Origin: Prasinococcaceae sp. CCMP 1430
Lineage: Eukaryota; Plantae; Prasinodermophyta
Direction: 5' to 3'
NCBI GenBank assembly: GCA_013416795.1
Contig: RQSC01000525.1
Span: 7,679 to 71,678 of the forward strand
Length of the DNA stretch: 64,000 nucleotides
Position numbers and translations under genes: made by a program. Below are positions 55,101-64,000 of this stretch, in pieces (position 1 is the first letter of the stretch; each line of letters begins with the position of its first letter). Under the pieces are notes generated by a model. It did not search any database. It saw only the letters and a program-made list of their open reading frames with translations, and was not told the DNA's origin.

Positions 55101-57453
55101 CAAGCGCGTCGACGTACGCATGCATCACTTTGAGGCTATCCTCGGCATTCTCACCCAGGTAGTCGCCGATCATGGTCTTGTCCAGGCCCGCAGCGACACC
55201 CGACTTGAGGAAGGCCGCGATCTCCGCTGGGCTGCTGCCAATCTTGCCGCGCTCGATCATAAAAGCGATGCCTTTCTTGGGCTTCTTGTTGAAGAGTGTC
55301 ACGCCCTCCTGGAACTCGAGCTTGTCACGCTTCTGTTGCTCGATGGAGCTCTGCGCGGAGGTGGCGTCTGGCGGCGACGCTGGCCCCTCCACGTGACCGT
55401 TTCGTCCGACGTCCCCACCCCCCTGCGCGCTCGCGCCTTCCCCAGACTCACCGCCGGCAGCGCCAGTGTCGGTCTCGGCCACTGGCGCGCTATCAGGGCG
55501 TTGCGCGTGTGACTCCTCCGAGTCGGAGTCCTCGGTGCCTCCCTCGGCATCCGCTGGTACTGCGTCGCCGCCAGGTGCCCTGCCACCTGCATCAACCCAG
55601 TTGCAAAGCTCGGACAGAACGTCGCGCAGCGCGGTAGCGGCGCTCGCCTTCAACATGGCCTCCTGCTGCGCGGTCAGACCGCCCTGCGCGCCACCCGGGC
55701 CGCTGCCCTGCACGAGCCTGATGAGAGCCGCCACGAACCGCTCGAAAAGGTTCGATCCCTCCCGATCGCAGTCGTAGTTGACGAAGAGGTCCACGAGCAT
55801 CTGCGGATCGCGAGCGAGCACGCCGGCGCCGTTGAGAACCACGGAGCGCAGCGCGAACGAGGGCGGCGCAGCGCCGGTCTGCCCATCGAGCACGCGCAGC
55901 ATGATCATTGGGAAGAAAACGCCCACCTCCGCCTTGAGCCTGTCGCGAAACCTCGCGCACAGCGTGAGGAAGATCGAGCACGTAAGCTGGAAGACACCCA
56001 GCACGGGGCTCGAGCAGTTTTTGAGCAAGCTCAGGCAGAGGTACTGCCGGATGGCGCCCACGAAGCGGTCGGAGGTACAGAACGTCGGCCCCGCATTCTC
56101 GAGCAGCAGCTTGAGCAGCGCAAGCGACAGGGTCTTCCCGCGGATGGATGCCGCGTCGGGCTTGTCAGGCAACGCCTTCATGGACAGCTTGCAGAGCGCA
56201 CGGAAGACAAGGTAGGCGTCGCGCGCGAGGAGCGGCATCGCCTCCAATCGCGCGCGGGGCGCCTCTGTGCTGCCACCGACGGCATCGCTTGCGCCGCCAT
56301 TCCCCTCGCCGACCTCGTCTGCAGCCTGCGGCTGCTCGTCTCGCCGACCCAGGTTCAGCACGGCGTCGCCGCGGTCGGCGTCCTCATCGCCCGCCGCCGC
56401 CGGCGCAGGCGGCGGCGACGGTCGGAACGAGAAACGGCGGGGCTTCTGCGGTGCAGGGGTGGCCACTTCCGCAGCGCTCGGAAACGCCGCCTCCGCCTCC
56501 CCATCTGCGAGCTCGGTGTCGGCGCTAATGGAAGGCCGCCGCAGCGTGAGACCCTCGAATGAGGCCGCGACGTCGCCGAGGAATGCAGAGACGCTGTCGG
56601 CGACGGAGGGCGCGGCCTCGATCGGGCCCAGCTCCAGCGCAGCGGCGTCCACGCTGGTGAGCGGCAGCGTGCCCGAGTCCGCCTCCATGCGCGCGAAGAC
56701 CATGTTGAGCATCTGGCTGAGCGAAGCCTTGGCCGTCTGCTGGTTCACCTCGCTCTTCGAATTCAGGTAGATGTGGTAGCACGTGCGCACCGAGCGCAGC
56801 AGCCAGTCGCCGTGCACGTGCAGCGTGGTGCTCGTCACGGCGGTCAGCAGGCAGCGCATCACGGGCAGCTCGCACTGCTCCTCTCCCGCGTCGTACGACG
56901 CGCACACGGCCTCGATGGCCTGCGCGCCCGCAGATGTTGCACGCGACACGTCGCCGGCGAGCTCGCCGCGGGCGATCAGGGCGGAGAACGCCGCCACGCA
57001 GGCCTCGCGCACGCGCCAGGGGGACGCGCCATGCTCGGTGGGCGCGCACGCCCAACATAGCGTGGCGATCGCAGCGTTGCGCGCCTCGTCGAGCTGCGCG
57101 GCCGCGTCTGGGCCGGCGCCGGCGCCCCCCTCCGCGCCGTCGTCGCCAGCTCCTTGCGCGGCGTCAGGCGCAGGCTCCGGCGCGGGCTCGGCTGCCGCGT
57201 CCGGCGCCTCGGCGGCCGCATCACCGCCCCCTGCGGCCCCGTCCGCATCAGAGGCCTCGACGGAGCCACGATCGGGGCCGTCCTGCGCCGCGGGCGCTCC
57301 CGGCGCGTCGTCCGCTCCGTCGCCCCCTCTGCTGCGGTCGCCCCGGCCCTCGGCCGCGTCGTCGCCGTTCGACGTCTCCGTGCGGGGCGCGGGCTCGCTC
57401 GCCGCCGCGGCATCGCCGCCCGCGGCCCCCGCGGTCAGCTTCCCCTGTTTGGC
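52108..57453 (-). CDS. Large ARF guanine-nucleotide exchange factor, BIG/Sec7 subfamily; intronless body, extreme N-terminus at the n join
   Basis: DCB (VHGDWLLRSVRTCYHIYL...NQQTAKASL), HUS (LFVNYDCD), Sec7 (FRLPGEAQKIDRLMEKFA...AYSVIMLNTDAHNP), HDS repeats (RIFSLQKVVEISYFN, YAIDSLRQLSMKFLE, SGWK). Confidence 0.96.
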   Translation of the reverse strand, partial: AKQGKLTAGAAGGDAAAASEPAPRTETSNGDDAAEGRGDRSRGGDGADDAPGAPAAQDGPDRGSVEASDADGAAGGGDAAAEAPDAAAEPAPEPAPDAAQGAGDDGAEGGAGAGPDAAAQLDEARNAAIATLCWACAPTEHGASPWRVREACVAAFSALIARGELAGDVSRATSAGAQAIEAVCASYDAGEEQCELPVMRCLLTAVTSTTLHVHGDWLLRSVRTCYHIYLNSKSEVNQQTAKASLSQMLNMVFARMEADSGTLPLTSVDAAALELGPIEAAPSVADSVSAFLGDVAASFEGLTLRRPSISADTELADGEAEAAFPSAAEVATPAPQKPRRFSFRPSPPPAPAAAGDEDADRGDAVLNLGRRDEQPQAADEVGEGNGGASDAVGGSTEAPRARLEAMPLLARDAYLVFRALCKLSMKALPDKPDAASIRGKTLSLALLKLLLENAGPTFCTSDRFVGAIRQYLCLSLLKNCSSPVLGVFQLTCSIFLTLCARFRDRLKAEVGVFFPMIMLRVLDGQTGAAPPSFALRSVVLNGAGVLARDPQMLVDLFVNYDCDREGSNLFERFVAALIRLVQGSGPGGAQGGLTAQQEAMLKASAATALRDVLSELCNWVDAGGRAPGGDAVPADAEGGTEDSDSEESHAQRPDSAPVAETDTGAAGGESGEGASAQGGGDVGRNGHVEGPASPPDATSAQSSIEQQKRDKLEFQEGVTLFNKKPKKGIAFMIERGKIGSSPAEIAAFLKSGVAAGLDKTMIGDYLGENAEDSLKVMHAYVDALDFTGMVFDDAIRHFLLDFRLPGEAQKIDRLMEKFAERFCLQTPGRFRSADTAYVLAYSVIMLNTDAHNPQVKNKMTKEGFLKNNRGVGEEGELTPEFLGEIYDRITTNEIKLKDANPGDAQATADADNAKGANVSALSSFNDMLMGLVGTRRHTVGGAGLDENAIRNIQERLEDAQSNSENEFVSCHDPSVARPMLEAVWPPLLAALSLGFEGASDGSASGAASYDPQLLLQCTRAAVRMAAVLGMETVRDAFITALAKFTYLHEPSHMNVHNVNAIRTMLEIVEQDGDYLGSTWAQVLKCVSRLAHLLMVADGAMTDASLFGTAKGGAVPPGKSGARFGGLRSGARSAMRDGELSSIEDAAGAARLRGVLAGLEADSLDRVFVGSARLDGDAVVDFVDALCKVSLEELRNTSRPRIFSLQKVVEISYFNIGTRIRLVWSRIWGVLAEYFVSVGCHENLQVAMYAIDSLRQLSMKFLEKDEMAMFSFQDNFLKPFVIIMRRSRSPEIRELIIRCLSQMIQARVDNVSSGWKSMFMVFTTAATDENRAIVKLAFETIERIVRESFGYITETEATTFTDCVNCLIAFTNSPLTTEVSLNAIAFLRFCALKLAEGLPGAHEAAGGGDVGGADGGGGAAASAEAGGQQQEQEAQRQQQQQQQQQEELAESHSHFWFPLLAGLGELVQDERPDVRRGAREVLFDTLRFHGHMFTPAFWERVFSSVVFPIFDEERGGGGERALDCLPLLVDLFVRFYDVCAEQLLPRVLDLLVDFVSGRQRASTACTKLGVEGFVTLAEGAGDKLGDEEWRSVVRALTNAWLASSDAGHDASSASGVLLVGAAGTLHDLARTADAREVLREALAAAVERGAASGDLGLEMEANATLLRALVDEPDALVPLCAGVMDGYLAAVPGSPDDGAMLDGAARMQLMARSPLVSSALSTLAGLPAADFKRVALPAVFARACALVRSEHADADVRAALAAFFSKVGEELVFEAGGVPAAE

Positions 57454-57725
57454 NAGGCCCCTGTGCCGGTCCAAACCATAAAAGCAGCCAGAAAGACGCC
57501 AGCTAGAGAAATGAACAAAGGCGGGGCCAAGGCAAAGAAGGAGTGGCGCGCCCTGTCCGCGACGCCCCCAGGCAGACACTTTGCATGTTCACCCACCCTC
57601 TGCACCTGCCCCTCACCCCTGGCGCTCAGCAGCACCGGCTGTTGCCGCCCTCGCCACAAAAAAAATGTTTTTTTTAAATAAAAATGACATACTTCCCGTG
57701 GGTACTGATACCATCAAAAATAGAT

Positions 57726-57745
57726 TACATACTGTACAGTATGTA
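57726..57745. promoter_or_regulatory. Perfect 20-bp palindrome TACATACTGTACAGTATGTA in the AT-rich divergent intergenic region
   Basis: Sequence equals its reverse complement; function unknown. Confidence 0.5.
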
Positions 57746-58522
57746 TGTCCTTTTTTTTTTTAGGCGCGCGTGCCATCGCCGTCCGAATGCGTTCTGACGC
57801 GTCTTTTTCCGGCGCATTTGAGTATGATTTATTATTTTAATTAAAATAAATTAAAATAAATCAAAAAGGGGGCCGGGGCGGTTGCGCGCGCGCTCGGGGA
57901 ACTCCGCGGGCGTCGCCCGCGCGGACACACCGGGGTGTGCCGCGCTACACCGGGTGTGACCGCGCGCTCATCCGCGGGAAGACCCGGGATGGACGAGCGC
58001 TGACCCGTGGCATGCCACGGTCTGGCCGCCCGAGCGGGCTCTGCCGTCGCCGCGCGGCGGCGCTGCTGCGCTGCTGCGGTGCTGCGGGCCCGCACAGCCT
58101 GTGGGTGTGTGCCGTGCATGCGTTACGTGCGCGTCCGCGTACGCACGCCGACGTGCATCCAGGACTAGCCGTGTGGCCGTGTGGGCGTGTGGGCGTGATC
58201 TGCTGACTGATGGTGTTGTTGGTTGCACGGCGCGCAAGATTTGCGCGAGCGCGCCCGCGCGGGCGCGCGGGCGCGGACGAGACGGAACGCGCGCGAGCGC
58301 ATGTGTGCGAGCGCGTGCGAGCGAGCGCGTGTGTGCGAGCGTGCACGAGCGCACGCGCGGGCGTGCGTGGGCGGGCGCGCGTGTGTCCGCGCTGGGAGGC
58401 GCGGCGCGCGCGTGCTGGCGCCGCAGCGCCACGCGACGGGGGAGCGTGCGCGCGCGCGCGTGCCGCCATTGGCGAGGCCGGGAGAGGGCTGCGCCAGTCT
58501 GCGAGCGGTTGGTACCCGGTCG

Positions 58523-58560
<38 letters not shown>

Positions 58561-58587
58561 GACATAACCACACACGCACCTGCGGCG

Positions 58588-60342
58588 ATGCGCGCGATGG
58601 CGCGTGGGGCGCGCGCGGCCCTCGCCGCCCCGGCGCTCGCTGCGCTCCTCGCGGCGGCGGCCCTGCGTGGCGCCTCCGCGGCCGCATGCACGTGCGCCGA
58701 GGTGGCCGAGCGCGGCACCATCGACGAGTGGTGCGCCGCCGAGCTGCGCGGCGGCGGGTGCTGCGACCCCGCCGGCCTCGGCGACACCACGTGGCAGGAG
58801 GCCGTGTGCGCCGCCGACGAGAAGCTGACGCGCGTCATCGAGGTGCCCGCGAGGCGCAACCCGCTCGACCGCAAGATGTACGACGGAGGATTCGACCCGG
58901 AGAGCAGGGACTACTGGGCGAGCCTCGCCGCGGTCAGCCTGCCCATGTTCGCCATCGCCGCCCTTGTCATCGTCGCCTCTGTCCTCACGCTCATTACGCG
59001 CCTCGTCATGATGCTCATGTGCTCAGAGAAGTGCGGCTTCTTCCTCAAGCCGCGCGAGGAAGGCTACTCGAAGGCGCCCACCTTCTTCCTCAAGCTCTTC
59101 CTGCTTGGGGCCGTCGGCATCGCCGCCATCGGCGCCTTCCTCGCGATGGGCTTCACTGCGAAGCTGGGCGAGGACCTCTCGGACTTCTCGAGCATTGCCG
59201 TGGCCGCCTTCAATAGCGTCAAGGACGACGTGACCGCGGTGGACGCCGCGTTCAACGTCGCCTTCGGCGCGCTGCCCGAGACCGAACGCGCGGGCATGGC
59301 CGACGCGATGGACGACATCGGCACGCTCAAGGAAACCGTCGACGACCTCTCCGACGACGTCGAGGACTACGAGGACCGGCTGGACACGATTTTCGGCTAC
59401 TTCACCCAAGCCGGTCTGGGCATCGCGGCCGTGACGGCGGCCATCATGGGCATGGCCGCTCTCCTGTCCCTCTTCAACAAGGGCAAGTGGCTGAACGCGG
59501 TGGTGCCCTTCTCCGTCCTGTTCAACATCGTGGCGTGGATCATCTTCGGCGCGCTCTTCCTGCTGTACACATTTATCGACGACAGCTGCGTGGCCTTCGA
59601 CACGTACTGCGACGACAGGTGCGCCTGCCAGACGTACGAGTCCACGCTCTCGCAGGTGCTGCCCTGCCCCGAGGCCAGCGAGGTGGAGGGCGTCATCCAG
59701 GACGCGCGCACCCTCATCAACGACCTCTTCGACACCGCCAACGCGGAGATCGCCCGCGGCAACGCGCGGGGCGCCGTTGTCGCCCCGACGTGCGAGCCGG
59801 TCCCCCTCATCACGGTGCCCTACGCCACGTGCGACTTTGGCTGCACGGGAGAGGCGCCCAAGGAACTCGTCACCACAGTCGAGGGCAACAAGACCACCGC
59901 CGTGGCCGCCGTGGAGGAGGCGTACACCCCCTTCGTGTGCCCGGGCGGCGAAGTCACGGTGGACTGTCTCGCCGCGTGCAAGACGCTCGTGGAGGAGTGT
60001 GACCCGGCGGCCTCCGCCGCCGAGTGCCCCACGGACTACGTCACGCTCGTCAACCAGGTCGGCGCGGCGTACGAGGTGATCGACATCCTCCCCACCGTGG
60101 ACGACCTGCTGCGCTGCGCCTTCGTCGCCGAGACCTTCGGCGCCGTGGTGGCGAACCACTGCGACGGCTCCGGCCTCAGCGCGTCTCTCGAGAAGATGTG
60201 GCAGTCCTTCGCCTGCCTGTCGGCTGGCATGATCATCGCCACGGTGGTGTGCCTCATTGGCATCAAGCGCTTCAGGGGCAACTACGACAACGGCGACGGC
60301 ATCTATCCCGGCGGCTCCGCCGGCGATCCAATGAAGCCCTAG
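58588..60342 (+). CDS. Multi-pass membrane protein with signal peptide, resembling the plant Tweety-like uncharacterised family
   Basis: Signal peptide, RRNPLDRKMYDGG...DYWAS motif, five predicted TM segments separated by Cys-rich loops (LPCPE, CDF, DLLRCAFV..TF..V...HC). Confidence 0.72.
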   Translation: MRAMARGARAALAAPALAALLAAAALRGASAAACTCAEVAERGTIDEWCAAELRGGGCCDPAGLGDTTWQEAVCAADEKLTRVIEVPARRNPLDRKMYDGGFDPESRDYWASLAAVSLPMFAIAALVIVASVLTLITRLVMMLMCSEKCGFFLKPREEGYSKAPTFFLKLFLLGAVGIAAIGAFLAMGFTAKLGEDLSDFSSIAVAAFNSVKDDVTAVDAAFNVAFGALPETERAGMADAMDDIGTLKETVDDLSDDVEDYEDRLDTIFGYFTQAGLGIAAVTAAIMGMAALLSLFNKGKWLNAVVPFSVLFNIVAWIIFGALFLLYTFIDDSCVAFDTYCDDRCACQTYESTLSQVLPCPEASEVEGVIQDARTLINDLFDTANAEIARGNARGAVVAPTCEPVPLITVPYATCDFGCTGEAPKELVTTVEGNKTTAVAAVEEAYTPFVCPGGEVTVDCLAACKTLVEECDPAASAAECPTDYVTLVNQVGAAYEVIDILPTVDDLLRCAFVAETFGAVVANHCDGSGLSASLEKMWQSFACLSAGMIIATVVCLIGIKRFRGNYDNGDGIYPGGSAGDPMKP

Positions 60343-60442
60343 AGGCACGCGCGAGTGCGGGCGTGAGCGTGTGCGCGCCCGCCCGCGCGCGCGCATAGCC
60401 GCGCGCGCGCGGGCGTGCATCCGTGCATGGGTAACTCAATTC

Positions 60443-60555
60443 CTACTTCTTTCCCGTGTCCTCCTCAATCACCGTGAAGTCTGCGTCCACGTACACGCCG
60501 TCGTCCTCCGCCCGGCGCCGCTGCTGCTGCTGCGCGCGCGGCTGCTGCGCTCGCG

Positions 60556-60587
<32 letters not shown>

Positions 60588-61047
60588 GCGCCGCCGAAGC
60601 CCTGCTGCTGCTGCTGCTGCTGCTGCTGCGCGCGGCGGGCCGCCTCCTCGAAGCCGCTCTGCGCGCCACGCGGGGGCGTTGCACGCGTGTGTGCGCATTC
60701 GCGTGCGCGATGGGGCGCGCGGGTGTGAGCGCGCATTCATTCTCGCGGACGCTCGCCCGCGCGCGCGCGCGCACGCGCGCCGCACGCACCACGTCGATGT
60801 TCTTGGCGAGCAGCGGCGCCCAGAAGGGCGCCAGCCACAGCGCGATGAAGCCGAGCTGCAACACGAGGAAGAACGCGCCCGAGGTGATGAACCACACGCC
60901 GAGCACGATCGACCCGAGCTTGCCGGCCGGCGACTCGTACAGCTCGACGGCGAGCGCGCGCGCGCGGGGCAGCGCGGCGCGCACGCGGTTCTTGATCGCA
61001 GTGCTGCGCGCCCCCAGCTCGTACTTCTTGTCGACCTCCGCGTACTG
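60443..61047 (-). CDS. Small membrane protein with polyQ tail (similar to conserved plant plastid proteins of unknown function); exons about 61047-60790 and 60658-60443; 5' end near the n join
   Basis: VDKKYEL...ESPAGKLGSIVLGVWFITSG...WLAPFWAPLL hydrophobic hairpin; C-terminal VYVDADF motif; GTGCG/CGCAG splice sites in frame. Confidence 0.6.
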
Positions 61048-61635
61048 GCGCGCGCGCGAGCGCGCGCGCGGTCCCGTTCGCGTTCGCGCGCGGGCGCGGG
61101 CGAGCGCGGGCGCGGCGTCAGCGCGTGGCCCGCGAGCTCACTGAAGCAGTCGAATGACTGCGCGCGCGCGAGGCGCGGGGGCGGGCNCGGCGCTCGCCCG
61201 CCCTCGCCCCTGGCAGCCGGAGCGACACCCCCTCCCTCGCACCGCCCCCTCACGCCCCCCGCACCCCCCCCGCGCGGCGTGTGGCACCCCCGGGGCAGGG
61301 ACCCGGGAGGCTGCTGCTGCAGGCACCTGCAGCAGCCGCGTCGCAGCAGCCTCACCCCTCACACCTTAAAAAAAAAACGATAAAAATTAATAAAATAAAT
61401 AAAAATACAAATACAAATTTTAAGTCATGCATACCGTCAATTCGGACGCATTGCGTGCTATTTATAGGTGTGTTCCGTACCATAAGGTCCCATTTGGGAG
61501 GGCTCTTCCGCGTTTCAATGCGGGATGCGGCACGTGGGTTGAGGTTGAGGTTGCGACGCTAGAGTTAGGGTAGGGTCTTGACCCGTACGATTGCGCGCGC
61601 GGGGCGCGTTGCCGCGCGTGCAGCCGCCGGAGCCG

Positions 61636-63829
<2,194 letters not shown>

Positions 63830-63888
63830 GTGCGAGCGCGCGCGCGCATGCGTACACGTTTGCGCGCGTACGTGTCTGTGCGCCCCAA

Positions 63889-63952
63889 CCCAACCCACCA
63901 CACCACACCACACCACACCACACCACACCACACCACACCACACCACACCACA
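63889..63952. repeat. (CCACA)n pentanucleotide microsatellite in an ELP3 intron
   Basis: About 12 tandem CCACA units. Confidence 0.85.
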
Positions 63953-64000
63953 CCCCGCCAAACACGCGGCAACGGTGCATTGTCACTGCCGCCAGTGCGT

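Noticed and set aside
57454-57579. N-terminus MSAWGRR... of the BIG ORF
   Set aside because: It crosses the single-n join and has no resemblance to DCB-domain starts; likely a chance read-through

Overview
Gene-dense, GC-rich eukaryotic nuclear DNA from a draft assembly (N gaps at 278-348, 16253-16644, 20521-20635, 51739-51996; single-n joins at 28324, 47013, 57454, 61187). The gene set (PTST-type CBM48 protein, RS-type SR protein, GTE bromodomain, CNK2-like NEK, TMEM17) points to a green alga, probably prasinophyte-grade (inference). About 26 protein-coding loci are supportable: RPL27, CBS-like, ETFB, BCKDHA, RS-type SR protein, SYP61, NCKX, TMEM17, TRMT2A, zf-DNL, MutS2 fragment, PTST-like, sulfotransferase, LysM protein, NEK, GTE, CobW/ZNG1, PRMT7, BIG ARF-GEF, Tweety-like, ELP3 and several orphans. 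No tRNA, rRNA, transposase or CRISPR was seen. Most long ORFs in the track are artefacts of (CA)n/(TG)n introns or antisense shadows. Two systems stand out. (1) An NLR-like locus at 31.6-38 kb: an MLKL-like helical bundle + NB-ARC + 10 x 42-aa TPR gene, followed by a stand-alone array of about 16 near-identical 126-bp TPR units. The array has hypervariable codons, an out-of-register recombination scar and an 11-bp inverted repeat at its ends, and the NLR is head-to-head with a LysM gene. (2) A family of microsatellite introns, (GT)-rich at the 5' end and (CA)-rich at the 3' end. They lack a polypyrimidine tract, carry junction duplications resembling target-site duplications and have within-gene sister copies, which suggests an introner-like origin.
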